This document shows, piece after piece, positions 34,769 to 48,796 of a stretch of 64,000 nt of DNA. The notes under the pieces are model-generated. The model searched no databases. It saw only the letters and a program-made list of their open reading frames with translations, and was not told where the DNA came from. Where the stretch lies: contig CAJINV010000016.1 in assembly GCA_905178155.1 (NCBI GenBank), positions 310,001 through 374,000 on the forward strand, written 5' to 3'. Origin of the DNA: Amoebophrya sp. A120. Its lineage: Eukaryota; Protista; Dinoflagellata. Both the position numbers and the translations under genes were made by a program. Each line of letters begins with the position of its first letter. Positions within the stretch are counted from its first letter, which is position 1.

Positions 34769-37700
34769 ACTCGAAAAAAACCATTCAATAGCGCAAGGGG
34801 CGAGTTTTTGTTTGGATGTGTCTGGAATGAAATTGTACTTGTTCTAGGTCCTCTAGCAGGCCGCGACTTGACTTTAATATTGTTCGGAGCGGTGTTCATC
34901 AGAGCAAGGTTTTTGTTGTTGATGCAGCCTTGATTGACATTCATCTCCATGTTCAATAGTCGATTTTTTCAACTTTTCCTCTCAACATTAAACATTTATG
35001 TCGCTGCTCCTCGTCCCACCTCCAAGCCTATACAGTTCGCTCACGACGAGGAAACGAAATTGTCAAGTACTTCTACTCGCTCAAACAACGCACTGCAGAT
35101 GCAACAAGCTTCTACCGTAACAAACGAGCACAAAATGGTCGATGAAGAACAAGACCACAAGGAACTTGCGCCGGCCCGGAGGTCCAAGGAAATCAAAATT
35201 ACAGCCCCCGTGGTCGCGCGAGCAGACCGAGAATAAAGCGAGGGGGGCGTCTTGTTTATTCTTGCACACGCAGCTGACAACTAGATCAACACCAACTGCA
35301 ACCTGATGCTTTTTATAAAAACGTCAACTTTTGTCAAGAGATTTGTCGTCCTCAAAGGTCACAAAAATTCATTCCTTTCATACTGATCTTCACTCTACAG
35401 AGGATGTCTCGAACAGGCCTCTTCCATACTTCTCTTCATAAACGAATAATACAGTCACTGACTAAATTTTCGAATGTTGTTTATATTTTAGCTGCACCAT
35501 CTTTACGTGTAGTAGATATTCCCTACGTATCATCCAAATAAAGTGAAAGTGAGTCGACGGTACAATTAGTTCCAAGACTGCTGTGTAAAGACCAATTTGA
35601 TGCCTCCGGCCCTGGCGCGGGGGCGCCAAAGTGAGAGAAATAAAAACCGTGTCATATCCTGCGCTTGCCCTCCTCTTTTACCTCTACCTGTCATCTTCAG
35701 TCAAATTCATCAGCATATAATGCGGCGGCCAGTAGTACAGGCCGTGCTGCAGCTACAACACACTTACACTTACAGTTGTAGTGCCTGGAGTTGCGTCGTT
35801 CGGTCCACTCACGCTGAACAAAGTGTGCTGCTACTGCTTCGATGATTTCTATAATCGCGCTTGTATCCAACGGCGCATGACCCTCCGAATTCAGTAGTCA
35901 TAGAGGAACAGAGGTCCATCTCCATTGTGCCAGCTTGTGTAGTGTGTCCTCTAAGATGAGAGTGACACTGCTTAAATCTTCATACCCACCTAGTGCTAGA
36001 AAGGAAATGAATCAGCTTGGGCAAGCATCACGGCGAAGGTAATCTGTAAGGGCGGTCGTAGGCATAGGCTTCATATTTCATCTCGATTGGTGCTTGAGAG
36101 TCACATCGTGATCACACACACACGCTCTGATGTCACGTTTGTGTGGCTGACGTTTATTCAGTGGATATTTGTGTACAAAACATTTTCGACACTAAAGCTT
36201 CGACTTGTACAACGTCAACAGCGGTGCATTATGCAGCTCGTAAATTATTTTTTCACGGTGTAATCCAACACACTTTCGTGCTAAGTACTACCGCAAGCTC
36301 TTCGCCACCTATGTCGGGTCCGATAAAAAAAGTAATGGGTTGGAGGACGCCGAGTCGTCGTGGGCGCAGCTAGTACAAATCATGTGTGAAGATGAAAAAC
36401 GTGATGCATCGTCCTTCCGTTTTTGTAGTTTCATATTTATGTTGAATGAGGGTATCTATGAATAAAATTTTTCTCGAACTACAAAGTATTTCTCCTTCTT
36501 GTCCTTTGATCAAAAAGGGTAAGAAGCCATAAAGCATTGCGATAGACACCTCAAAGAAGTGAGTTTTCTTTATAGGAGAAGATATCATCTTCGGATTTTC
36601 ATTTTACCAGTGAGGACAAAGAGTATTTTCGACACGAGACACAAACCGCCTTCGCTGAGAAGGGTCGTGAGTCTGTTGCAGAAAAATTTTTCCTTGCCCA
36701 CAAAGGTATAAAATCTTCTTCTTCCCCTAGCTGCTTGACAAAAAACCGATTTATAATTCATTTTATTAGCTACAAATGACTCTGCTGTAAACAATATCAA
36801 CTCACACCAGCCGGTATTAAGTTGTAAACAAGTTAGTAAGATAAAGAATACCTGTTTATCTATATTTCCAGCATCGTCGCACTTTTCCTACACAGGTCTA
36901 ATGGACATACCGCCGCCTCTCCAAATTTCCACCGCTTGCAGCTTGTTTATTCGTGGTTTTCTTGTCGTATTAAAACAATTCAATGTAGTCGCGGAAAATT
37001 ATGCCTTGTATCAAGATCGATGCGTGCGTGCGTAAAAGTTCTAAGTAAAACGGTAGTACAACCATTATCCGAGAGTAGACGAGCATTATCTCTTGCGCAT
37101 TAGCTTCGATAGAGTTTATGCGATTGCCGGGCCCTGGCCATGAGAAAGAACTAGAACGAAATGACACACGCCCTTCTTGCAAGAAGTCCTCGTTTGATTC
37201 TGGGTCGTCCCCGCTATAGTCCTGTCGATCAATGTCGCTGATTATAGTTGAAGTGAAAAAGTAAAAACTAGATTCGGATGGATAATCAGGCCGCCCGAGT
37301 GGTGCCCATAAGCAATTCCTGTAGTCGCTGCAACATGGGTCTCTTCAGATATGGTCGACGGTGCCATAATCCGTAATCTTGTTCATGCTAGTAGCTCCCG
37401 CGCTGATACTTATAGTCATTGTTCCCCTGTACTATCGTAGCAACTCTACAACTGCCCCCAACTATCATACCCTTGATTTCTGTAGTCGCCATTTTGTGAA
37501 AACTGCAATATAATATCCGTGCTTCATTCTAGAAGTTTCGTGACTGTTTGAGCCAGTGCACCAAATCAGGCGTGAATCACCTTTTTCAGAGTTTGATCCT
37601 TGTTTTGAAAAGAAATTCGCTTTTGTTCTTCCGTGAAAGAGAAAGTGAAAGGACGCAACATACTACAACTAATTTCTGCTTTACTTGAACTTGTTAAAAA

Positions 37701-37942
37701 TCATCGGGATATTTGTACTTTTTTCCCCCCCGAAGTACAACTTTGTTCCCCTGTAGTTTAATTGAAATCCCGCTTGTAGTTCTTTTGGCATAAGAAATAC
37801 TCTATCAAAATTTCGTTCCTGCTATCAAAGTAGACAAAGTCAATTTATTTCAATAATCAAATTCTTGAACAGGCCACAGCACAGCCCGCCTCTGCATCTT
37901 CTGTGATCCATGCTGAAGAACGACCCGGTAAAAAATGCTCCA

Positions 37943-40900
37943 TCACCAGTCCCCTCCCGTTCCACTTTCGTTCCTGCGCGCTCGCGGTACTGGGCGGGGT
38001 GGTGTTGGTGGCCGCGCGGTGGTAATCCGCTGATCCCACTGCGACGATTTCTTTTCATCCGTATCCTGTGCAAAAGTATCGCACTCGTATTGCAATCATG
38101 CATTACAAATCTTGTTCTTGTGCTAAATCCGCATTACAAATTTTACTTCTCATGCTGAGGAAATTTGTGATGCATTTATACGAGTACGATACTTTTGCAG
38201 TGCATAATCCGCCGGATAGATCAACTTCGGGACAATCGTCAGGTCGCGTCGCACGAACAGCAAAGCGCCGGCGTTTTTGTGGTGCCCGCAGTAGTCCGTG
38301 GCGGAGAAGAGAGTGATCAATTTCCCGGACGCAAACCGCTCAAATATGACAGTGCACAACTCCCCCTCGTTCTCATTTCTCATGCAAAATCCACAATTCC
38401 AGTTGAAGTTGCTCCCTTCTTGTCGTGTCACTATTATGCATGACAACTCAAACAGTACTACACTAGGCACAAAAATTTGTCATGTATAGACTCCACGTGG
38501 GGTGGTGTTTGTATTGCTCTAGCCAATAAACAAATGAGGGGGAGCAGGTGGAGTTGTGTACTCTGATATCAAACCCGTCCATCACACACTCGTGCGCGCG
38601 GATGATCATCGAGAGTGGGGGGTTCTTCTCGAGAAACTGCAACACCCGGTCGGGCCCGAACTTCACTATTCTGCCTGTGCCGTCTGGGTCGCGAGTCTCG
38701 TTCGTGGTGACCCCGCGCAGGGTGTCGCTGTCACTGGGATCGGACCAGAGGAGGTCTGTCACCTTCTGCTCTTCGTGGTTGGACGGGATCCGCTATCAGA
38801 GTGCACAACTCCCCCTCCCACTCATTTGTCATGCAAATTTCCAAGTCTGCCTTTTGCCTGTTAGCACTTTTTGCATGACAGATTCCGAAAGTAGCCAAAA
38901 CAGTACTGCAATCCCCTAGGAATTTGTCATGGAAAAGCTGCATCTTTGCCAGCGCTTGCGTTGCTGATCATGCAACACAAATGAGGGGGAAGGGGACGTC
39001 GAGTTGTGCACTCTCATATCTGCGCGACTTTCAGCGGCCGCGGCATACTGCGGATGTCGTCGGGAGAGTTGATGTATCAAATGTAGATAGGTCTGGGTCT
39101 GGAAGAATGGAAGGTTTGTCATGCATCTTTTGAATAGTCCGCGATGTCTGTGATGCATGCCCTAGCATATAGAGATTCTCTGTGTGCAACCTTCTCAATG
39201 CGTATCCTGCATGAGAAATAATGCCGCGTCTCCGCGCAGGAGCAAAAACTGGACTGCTCTTGCGGTTCATGCAATGGAGATTCTTTTTAGCATCCGAAGG
39301 CAGCATGACAAGCTTGCGCTCCTCCAGACCCAGACATATTTGGAATGCATATGATGGCACCACCGATGCCGCCGTGAATGCAGAGGATCTTGTTTTCGAT
39401 CACCGCCCCAGCGGGGAGGAACTCAAACACGGTGTTAAACATGGCCCAAACGGAATTCGGCGAGTCGACATCTAAATTTTAGTATTGATTTTTTCGAGTG
39501 GACAACAATTTATCATTAATTATGGTTGACTCTGTACTAGAAACTAAATACCAAACAAAGGCTACTACAACTTCGGCTTCGCAATAGAAATGGAAATCGT
39601 ACAAACATAAGAGTACTACTATACCGTCCCTCAGCCTCCTTCTGCACTCTTCCCTAAAGCCATAGATCCCATTGATGGTTGGGTCTTCGTGGTTGCCTCG
39701 TATCATGTGTATCTGGTAGGGGTGCTTGATTTTCAGCGCGAAGAGCAGGCAGATCACTTCGAGTGAGAACGACCCCCGGTCGACGTAGTCGCCGAGAAAC
39801 AGGTAGTCCATCGCATCTAGGTCTCCCCCAGCTGTGGAGTCGTCGTGCGGACAGTTGTAGCGGGCAAAAAGCCGCATCAAGTCCAAAAACTGCCCGTGAA
39901 TGTCCCATCACAGGAAAAAAACTGTAGCTTCTTCACGGTGAATACTTTTGATCATGCGAGGACTTAAGATGACTTTGTCCTGTTTCAGAATCGTGGTAAG
40001 GCATCGGACTCTTGTTTTCAGCCGTGTGTTCTTCGATATAGTACGAAGAACCGCGCGTGACGCCGCGTCATGGCACCAGATCTACATTTTCATTCTACTT
40101 CGCCGTCATGCGAAACACTTACACTACATCGCCGTCATGTGTCATGCAGATCCTTCCTCAGAATCATCTTCACCACAGTGAACTCGCCACTTTTTTCGTG
40201 CGATATGTCGCCGTACACCTTGATCGGGGCGCGGCACTGCAGCAGCATCGGCTCGCGCTATTACAATGAAAAATGCCCCCCACCCCCAGCTTGGCAGAAT
40301 TTGTATTGCAAACCTTTCCAACAGAAACATTCCGCGTCTTGCATATCTCAGCATCACAAATTTTCCATGCTGAATAGGGCAAATTTGTGTTGCGAAGTAG
40401 GTCAACAGCAGCCAGATCGGTTATGATGCACAATGCACCTTGCGAAACTAGATTCTGCATCAGAGTTGCTGGCAATCCTTTTATGCAAGACAAAAAGCTT
40501 TCATTTGGAAACTTTGCATGACAAACTTCTGCAAATTTCGGGGTGGGGGCATTTTTCATTGTAAATACGCGCTTGAAGATCTCCAGAGCTTCCTGGCAAA
40601 GGCGGTAGCACTCTTGTATGGACAAGACAAACGGTTGATCGTCACCGGGTGGGGGCTGCCACGTGGCGGGTTGGAGCAGCAGGTTCAGGACCTGGAAACA
40701 AATAATTACGAGGCTATTTCTTACACCATCAAAAAGAATAAAAGTGTTCATAAATCCCGTTACATATTTATATCAATTCTCATGTGGTAGACGAGATGCG
40801 TAACCAAAGCAAGCAACAGCCAGATTATAGAGGTACATGATCCACGAGCGCCGCCTTGTCACCGCCTCCGAGGTCTACGTGGACGTTTGCCATCTTGCCC

Positions 40901-43900
40901 TGGTATCGAAAGGAAAAATCCCACGTCCCCACATCATACATCAAAGCGGAATTTGTGTAAGTACACCTACACAAATACGCTTTGCATTGCAGCAAGGCAC
41001 TGCGGCCAGATCGTCCCCAGCCTAGGTAGAAGAGGCGTCTGGGTCTAGTTGCTCAGCATTGCAAACGGCTGCCCTCTAGGCCCAACAGCATGCCAAATCG
41101 CTTCCATAATGGGGCGAAAGCTTCTGCCCTTGTCTTCTTGCAAGACAAATGTGATTTTTTGTGAACACAAATCAGCAACACAAATTCATCTCCGGGGGGA
41201 GCTCTTCCTTTCCATACCTGGCCAGTCATCTTTCGACTTTCGTCCTCCAACTCCGAAATCGCGACCTGTCGCACAATATCCTGTGCAAAAGCATCGTACT
41301 CGGATCGCAGTCATGCATTACAAATCTTTTTGTTAAGGTAGATCCGCATTACAAATTTTCTTTCTCATGCTGAGGAAATTTGTAATGCAATTTATACTAG
41401 TACGATACCTTTGCAATCCATACACCAAGTGCGTGAAGTCCCGCTCGTGCGAGATAAACACTTGGTATCCACAGTAAAGTTCCCGTACACGTACAAAAAC
41501 AAATGCAGCCGCTGCATGACAAAACTTGCCTTCAATCGTAGTCCAGCATGACAACTTGGACACACGCTGCAAGTTAGCGAAATTTTTTTTTGTCATGCAT
41601 TTTGTACATGTACAGGAAATTTGTAGTGCATACTTGGTTGGAAATGCGGATGTCGCTGCCCCGCGCGTTCGCGTCGTCGAGCGGCTGTTGCACCATGCCG
41701 TACGAGGACCGCAGCGGATTTAGCGCTGCACTCGGGTGGTTGTTTGCCAGGGAATCCAGGTGCTGGGGCTGCGCCGCAGCTGGGGCGGAACCACCGGGGG
41801 CGGGGACGCCTAGAGGTTTTAAAAAGTACGTACACAGAAGATCACAATTTGAATTTGGCTTCTTCCTCAAACAGGTAAAGGGGATGATCAGGAGCGCCAT
41901 GCATGATGCGCGTCAGCACTTGTCCATGATAATGCCATGGATGCCTTTATGCAAGAAAGATGTCAACAGCAGACTCGAATCTTCAAAGTGAATTTCGAAG
42001 TGAGGCTGCAGAAAACCCGTACAATTTGTAAGTACCCAGCTCCGCAAAGGCCTGATCCAGGTCCACCACTTGCAGATCGTTTGTCGGCGCGGAGGGCGAT
42101 TTGTGGTCAAACCCGCCGTAGCTATACAGCTGGTTCTGCAGCAAGTAGCAGAAATGTCGAAACCGATTGATGGACGCGATGTTTTCCCAGTTACACGTTT
42201 CCGTGTCGTACACCGCAGTTGGCAGCGCCTTGTTGACGTCGTTCCCTCTGCCACCGACGATGAGCAGTCGCGAGTTATGACAGTGCACAACTCCCCCTCC
42301 CTCTCATTTGTGATGCGAAATGCCATATCCAAGTTCTGCCTTGTGGTACCGTTATTTTCATGACAGATTCTGAAAACCTAAACAATACGACGCTACGCGC
42401 ATGGACTTGTCATGGGCACCAGGCTCCATGTGCGCTGGTGTTTCTATTGCTGCTCATGCAACACAAATAAGGGGAAGGAGGAGTTGTGCTTGTGCGCTCG
42501 CATACGAGTTGTAGAAAATGCACGAGTGCTGAAATCGCGCCTCGGGGACGACTGCATAATTTTTGTTTTTTCGTGAAGACGACAAACAGGATCATGATCT
42601 GCTGTCTGTACACATCTTGTCATTCCGCGTAGCAACGCAAACGGGGCTTGGTGGAGGAATTACTATCAAAGCACAGGCAAGAAGAAAAAATAAAAAACCT
42701 GTTCTGTCGCTGTCCCAACGAGTTGTATTAAGAAGTGTGAGATGATTCTACTTGAAATATATACCTCCCTTTTTTGTCGGAGCCTCGACCCAGTCCCACC
42801 TGCCGTCCCGATGCTGTCGCAGCCCCCAGGTATGCACTGCAAAAGTCTACTTATCGTATTCCTACTAAAATTGCAGATATGGATGACAAATCTTCCGCAG
42901 AATGGGAATCAGCATGACAAACTTGATTTTTCATCATGCTAAAAAAAATGTGTAATGCAATTCGTACATGTACCAGCACGAATAAAATTTTGCAGAGCAT
43001 ACCAGATGTCCTTTAGCGACCGGTTTTCCGCCGTTCTGCCGCCAAAAATCACCATCATGCCGGCGGCCGGGCCCTCGCTATTCTGAGGAAAAATCCCCCC
43101 TCCCCATATCGACAAGGTGTGTTTCCGAAAATTTGTGTTGCTGATTTGAGGTCACAAATCGCGTCTCCTGTCTTGCAAGAAGACAAGCGCAGAGGCTTCC
43201 GCACCATTATGGAAGCGATTTGGCATGCTGTTGCGGCTAGGGGACACCCGTTTGCAATGCTAAGCAACTAGACCTATACGCCCCTACCTAGGCCGAGGAT
43301 CTGGCTGCGATGCCTTACTGCAAGACAGATCCGATTTGTGTAGCCAAATCCTGCATCACAGATTTCCATTTCGATATGGGGAGGGAGGATTTTTCCTTTT
43401 GATACTCGCGGCACACCTCCGCGGAATGGTACACGCGGGCTACCGGGGCTTTCGAATTCTCCTTCATTTCATCACAAGAAAAAAACTGCGTAAGTGTAAC
43501 TTTGTCTTGCAGATGTTGCAATACAGTTACACTTGTCATGCCGGATATGCGTCAGAGGCTATTTTAGTACGTGTTTTAGCGTACTAGCTACGCATGACAA
43601 GTTTTCTGTCGTGCAAAACAAATCTGTAATGCTGTTCCTGCAAAAAAGTTACACTTACACAGTTTTTTTCTTGGATACATTTGCACAAGACTCCACTGAA
43701 ACGGGGCGTGCTCCACGTCGAGAATCCAAATGTCGTTTTCTATCCTGCACAAAAATCTTACGCGTACTACTACTAGTTGCGATCTTCCTGCATGACAGAT
43801 CCAATTGTCGACCTGAGTCTACATGACAAATCGCAGTTTTATTGTTTTTCCTCGCGGTCAGAAGTTGTTCCTATACTTGCGAGGACGACAAAGTGGAACT

Positions 43901-45710
43901 GGATCCCCGCATGCAACTAGTAGTACTAGTACGATAGTACAACTTTTGCAACGTCGATAGTTTCCGCTTGTTGACCGTTGTTGCCGCCACACACAATCTA
44001 TGAACTGCAAAAGTATCGTGCTCGTATAAATGCATTCAGCATGAGAAATGAAATTTGTAATGCGAATTTACCTTGAGAACAAAATTTGTAATGCGTCATT
44101 ACTACGAGTACGATACTTTTGCACAGGATACAATCAACAGGGGCTTGTTGAAAACCATGGTGTGACCTTAGTTTGTAAGTGTAGTTCTCCTTTGTCATGC
44201 TGTCTTGTGCAATGCAGAATGAACGCTTGTCATGCATGATGCGAATAAACAGTTGTAGCAAGAACTTCGTGTGTAGTACTTTTATGTGTTCAGCATTATA
44301 CCGCAATATAGTACCATATCTCCTCCCCGGAGTGTCTCCCAAGACGGGAACGCTCATCCAGGACGACTTCTGTTCGTTTCTGAAATCCAGTAAATAAAGC
44401 TTATCAAATGCAAAAATGTCTGGGTCTGGAAGAGTGCATGTTTGTCATGCTTGTCTGACATGACTCTTAAATCTCTCATGCACGTTAAGTACCCAAGAGC
44501 CCCATTAATTTTGCTGCCAGTTGCAGAAACGCAGTTTGTCGTGCAGAATAGGCAACACCCAGAAGCTCAAAAGCTCGTCATGCTACGCCAGCACTTGTGG
44601 CCTCTTCATGATACATACGCCACCCAGCATCACAAGTTTCCAGACCCAGACATTTTTACAATCCATAAAGCTCGTCCGAAGACAAAGACCCGCCTCCTGT
44701 CGCTCCTCCATAGATGACCAGCTGGCTTGTGTCCACACAGGCGGCCGCGTGCGCCGCGCGGGCAAACATCGCGTTGAAAAGCACCCCCGCCCCAGAAGCA
44801 GAACTTGGCAGTATTCGCATTATGAAACATCACCCGTTTTACTCTTACATGTGACAGCACCATCGCAGATCATATTGCGTTCTGAAAGAATAAGGTAAAC
44901 TTTGTGCTGCGAAAGCGCCCAGCAGCAGCCGCATTTGTACAAGATGCCCTGATGCACCGTGCCTAGATTCCGCATTAGAAAAACTCCTAGTGCTCAGTGT
45001 CCTTACATTAATAATAACCTTCTCAGGCGGAGGGGGCACCTTTCATTGTAGTAACGGACGGCGGTGGCACATCCCCTGGTGTGGGGCGGATCTGGCTCCA
45101 AGTGAAGGTGGTGGTGTCCAGGGAGTAAGTGTCCGCAGTAATCGTGTAACGACCTTATTATTCAATGTCTCGTAAAAGTGAATCAACAAGAATAAGAACT
45201 GTATCTGGTTCACCTGGATGAAGAGCCAAGAACAACAACCACATCCATGTCAGTCACGCTTGCAGTTGCAATAAATGTTCCAAACAAGAACGAACAAAAT
45301 AGAGCACTCTAAAAATAACAAGTACCGCTGTCTCCCGTGGCTCCGCCAAACAAGACTACGCGGTTTTGGCCAACTAGCGTCGCGGTGTGCCCGAACCGTG
45401 GGGCGGGGATGTCCCCACTTTTATGACTTGCTCAAACGTTACACTCTCAAACGTTACGTATAGAGTCTGGAATTTGTGTTGCATGATGAGCATGACAGAC
45501 TCGCACAGCGTTCCACCTTTTGCAATACAAATTTCGCCAGATTGTAGTGGGGTTTGGGGCTTCGGAACTTGTCATGCGCAATCCTATGAGAGTTGGCTTG
45601 ACCAATTAGTCTTGCATCACAGATTTCCATATTCTATTGTAACGTTTGAGATTGTAACACCTGAGCGGGTTATAACTTTCGGTTAAAACTTTTTGCGGTT
45701 CGACGGACAT
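37943..45710 (-). CDS. PPKL: Protein phosphatase with Kelch-like repeats (PPKL/BSU1-like), copy B (alternative ATG at 46005)
   Basis: [23 protein letters not shown]; [51 protein letters not shown]; C-terminus RPPTPPR...GDW*. Confidence 0.93.
38062..38206. mobile_element. Introner family D
   Basis: Perfect TSD atccg. Confidence 0.9.
38345..38568. mobile_element. Introner family G (TIR tat(g/c)a.agtgcacaactc)
   Basis: Perfect TSD tcaaa; removal gives [10 protein letters not shown]. Confidence 0.92.
38794..39018. mobile_element. Introner family G
   Basis: TSD tccgc/tctgc; the rule yields VAQIP. Confidence 0.9.
39075..39351. mobile_element. Introner family A
   Basis: Perfect TSD tgatg; removal gives [11 protein letters not shown]. 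Confidence 0.9.
39906..40205. mobile_element. Degenerate introner splitting the GDIHGQ motif
   Basis: catc...gata ends; TSD tgtcc/tgtcg. Confidence 0.82.
40259..40567. mobile_element. Introner family H (TIR tattacaatgaaaaatgcccccacccc)
   Basis: Perfect TSD cgcgc; removal gives IFKREPML. Confidence 0.9.
40904..41216. mobile_element. Introner family I
   Basis: Perfect TSD cctgg. Confidence 0.88.
41277..41422. mobile_element. Introner family D
   Basis: TSD cacaa/cacca; removal gives THLVRQVAI. Confidence 0.88.
42276..42504. mobile_element. Introner family G
   Basis: Perfect TSD cgagt; removal gives [11 protein letters not shown]. Confidence 0.9.
42831..43001. mobile_element. Introner family D-like
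   Basis: TSD ccagg/ccaga; removal gives [10 protein letters not shown]. Confidence 0.85.
43079..43404. mobile_element. Introner family I
   Basis: Perfect TSD ctcgc; removal gives VCREGPAAGM. Confidence 0.9.
43470..43677. mobile_element. Introner family E
   Basis: Perfect TSD cattt. Confidence 0.88.
43741..43959. mobile_element. Degenerate family D-like introner
   Basis: TSD ttttc/gtttc; the rule yields AENDIWILD. Confidence 0.82.
43999..44130. mobile_element. Introner family D
   Basis: Perfect TSD caatc; removal gives KPLLIVCGG. Confidence 0.9.
44402..44667. mobile_element. Introner family A
   Basis: Perfect TSD aagct; removal gives SDELYLLDF. Confidence 0.92.
44767..45053. mobile_element. 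Degenerate family H introner
   Basis: TSD gcaaa/acgga; the rule yields PPPSARAAH. Confidence 0.8.
45422..45674. mobile_element. Introner family C
   Basis: Perfect TSD acttt; removal gives [10 protein letters not shown]. Confidence 0.88.
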
Positions 45711-45730
45711 TCTGCGGGAGCTGCTAGCCA

Positions 45731-45999
45731 TATCAAATGTAAAAGTCTCTGGGTCTGGAAGATTTCTAGATAGATTTGTCATGCATATTTTCCACGGCCC
45801 ATGAAGTCTGTGATGGATGCCGTAGTATCACAGATTTTTAGAGCGCTTCCTCATGCCTATTCCGCATGACAAATGCAATCTCCGCGGAGGAGCACAAAAT
45901 CTACTCCTCTTACTAGTCATGCAATACAACTCTTTTTCGAATCCAGAGACAGCATCACAAGTTGCAATTTTCCAGACCCAGACATTTTTACATTTGATA
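45731..45999. mobile_element. Family A element at the 5' end of PPKL-B
   Basis: Perfect TSD agcca. Confidence 0.9.
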
Positions 46000-48796
46000 A
46001 GCCATCACCGATGAGAACGATCAGGCTACAAGAAGAAAATGGCTTCTATCTCCGGCAGCAGCTGCAACTTGAACTTCTGGGTCGTGGTGGTCCGGAAGAT
46101 GACTGGTACTACACACCAGGTCCTCGCTATTGAAAATCGATGGGTCCTCTAAAGACGAGTCCGCCTCTACTCGTGGTCCTGTCGTCGATTGATGATAGCG
46201 GTCGTGGGTACTAGCTGTTGTACTTTGAGCACCAGCTGCGATGTAATTCTCGTTAGGGTCAGCACAAAAACTCGGCACCTGCCTCGAAGTAGATGACGGC
46301 TGCTGCTCGAAAGCTGAACAAGAAGGTGACGAAATATCAAAAGCCGATTGTTCTACTAGTCGTGTTGTAGTCCCAACGCAGGAAGGAAAATTATGTTCAA
46401 GACAATCGCTTTCGCTTTTGCTCAGCTCGTCTGGAACAGTAAACCACAGGTTGTCTTCCGGCACTCCGGTGTGGTCTGGTAAAGATGTCTCGCTGGTGTT
46501 TTTTACATGGCCCAGTTGTTGCTCCTCGTTGATGTCAAGTAGAGTCCCGGAAGTAGAATTATTTGCTGTCGTATTTATTGTCTTTTTCTTGTGCAGTATG
46601 TTGAAACAAGTTGGATTTATTTTGTGTTGAAAGATCCTGTCGATAAGATGAAGGCCGGAACCAAATCTTGGGTCAACGTCAAAGTCAGTTCGGAGGTCGT
46701 TTCGTGAACCTTATGGAAGGGGTGAAACAACAGTACAACGGAGGAATAGTCCGTCGTAAATGACAGAATCAACCGATGGATCTAATTGTTCGATGAGGAT
46801 GATTTGCTGATATGCGGCTCATCTGCTGCAGAAAGCGTTGTTGCCATGCATAAAGCGCATCATCCGGTGCTCCTACTTACTTACAACAATCTCCTGGTCG
46901 CATTGGCATTCATCATCCTGTGTCTCAATGTCAATTTCTAGTTTTGCTTTTGCATGCAGGTCCTGCATGACAAAGACGGTCTATCATGCTATTCCCCACT
47001 TCTCGCGTACTTTTTCTTTTCATAAGCGCCGCATCCTTGGATCGGGAGCTAGACATCGACGTGGAGGTGGTAGTTTCGACAAGAAATTTGTAATGCAAAA
47101 CTACCTTCTGGCAAGAAATTTGTAATGCGGCAACTTCCTTCTGTAGCGCAAAAAACCTACTACTACCTTTTGGCAAGAATAAGTCTATCAGATTGCAAAA
47201 CGTCGTCCCAAACTAATTTCTTCTTATTGTGTTGTTGAATTCGATGCAAAGCAAAGGAACAAGACTTTCGGAAAAACGAAAAAAGTAGATCTATACTCAC
47301 ATCTTGTATGTACAACCACTTAGATAGCGTTGCTCGCGAGGATACTGCGGCCGAACAAAGTCTACTAGTACTACTGCTTCACTCCAACTAGAACTACGAA
47401 CTACGATGCCGTCGCTTATAACAAGAACTGATCTAGTACTCAGAAGGGCGTCGAGCGTTTTAATTTATCAGGTGTAGTAACAAAAATTTAGGTAATGCAG
47501 TACAACTCGTAATTGGAAACGTCACGCGGTCATCAATCAAGAAGGTAATTTTACTATCTCTGTTCGCATGATCTTCAAGTTCTTGACGCAACACCTACTT
47601 CCTCTGTTGGCGAAGCATCATTCACGACAGGATGTTGACCTGAGGTGCAAGAGGAGGGTACTTCTAGTACAACAAGTGATAGAAGAAAAGATGAAGTGCG
47701 CAGTATTATAGTCATGTGGGCGTGACTAGGCTCACCTGCTGCTATCGTGCAGTCTCTTGATGATCGCGATCAACATAGTACAGCTCGCAAATCTTCGCTG
47801 GCCTTTCTACTTCGGTCGCAATGAGTAGAGTAGCCTTATGTCTTTTTATTCGTTGGGAAAAAACAAATATGATGCGAGCCATCCCGAGTACTACTAGCTG
47901 TTCTCGCACGACTTGGAGCCTCGAGGCAGTAATTCCATCTTAGTGTCAGCTCTTCTAGCCGCATTGCTGATATTTTGACTCAACCTTTCATCTCCAAAGG
48001 AGTACTCCTCCTGGCTGCAGCGTGGTAACAACTTTATTTTTAATATTCTGTCCTCGTCCATTCAAAACTGGTGCAAACATAGATGTTGTCTCGTCCAAAT
48101 CCTGGAAATTACAGTACAAGCCAGCAGACAAATGCGAGCTGGATCTCGCGACTTTCAATTCGCTATCTCCCGGATAATGCCCGTTTGTTCTACCAAGGTG
48201 CGTAACTTCCAGTTTATATACTTGATTCACAAGATAGACCAGGCGAACAAAAGTTGGCATATTCAGTTGCGTTGGAGGTGTGCAGTTTGCGAACACAGTT
48301 TTGTATGAGTTTGACTGTGAAAAATCACAGCTGAAGTAGGCACGTTTGCACTTGCTTTTGTTCGTCGCAGCTACTTTCCGCAGCGTTTCTCACATGCACC
48401 ACAAGCAACTGCTCGTGTTCGCGAGAGTTGAACAAGTTGTAGTCTGAGCATGTTTTCATCATCATTGAAATTGCTTGCTGCGAAAGCACACAGACCACAT
48501 TTGCGAGAGCACAGCACATCAACAGTTTGCCTCTTCCGAAGGAGCAGATGAGGATCGACGTATGTATAGCGGCAGGGGAACAAAACAGGAAAGGCTCCCA
48601 ATTTTTCCCACACGAACCAGCTGCAGTACTAGCAGCAAGATCCGGAAGAATATGGCAAGAAGTCGTCGAGTTTGTGTTTCCCTTTCCTCGTTGTCGTCTG
48701 ACGCAAAATGAGCTGCACGACCTCCACGGCAGACCACAGCCAGGGCGGCCGTCGAACCGTCACTGCACTCCAAGATCGGCTAGCTTCCACCGGTCT

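Noticed and set aside
35000-37800. Short ORFs between the PPKL copies (similarly 13500..15000 and 46000..48700)
   Set aside because: No recognisable domain or reliable exon chain; left unannotated.
44168-44314. Intron at GRRYG|HTM considered as an introner
   Set aside because: It has canonical GT...AG ends, no TSD, and its position is shared with the paralogue.
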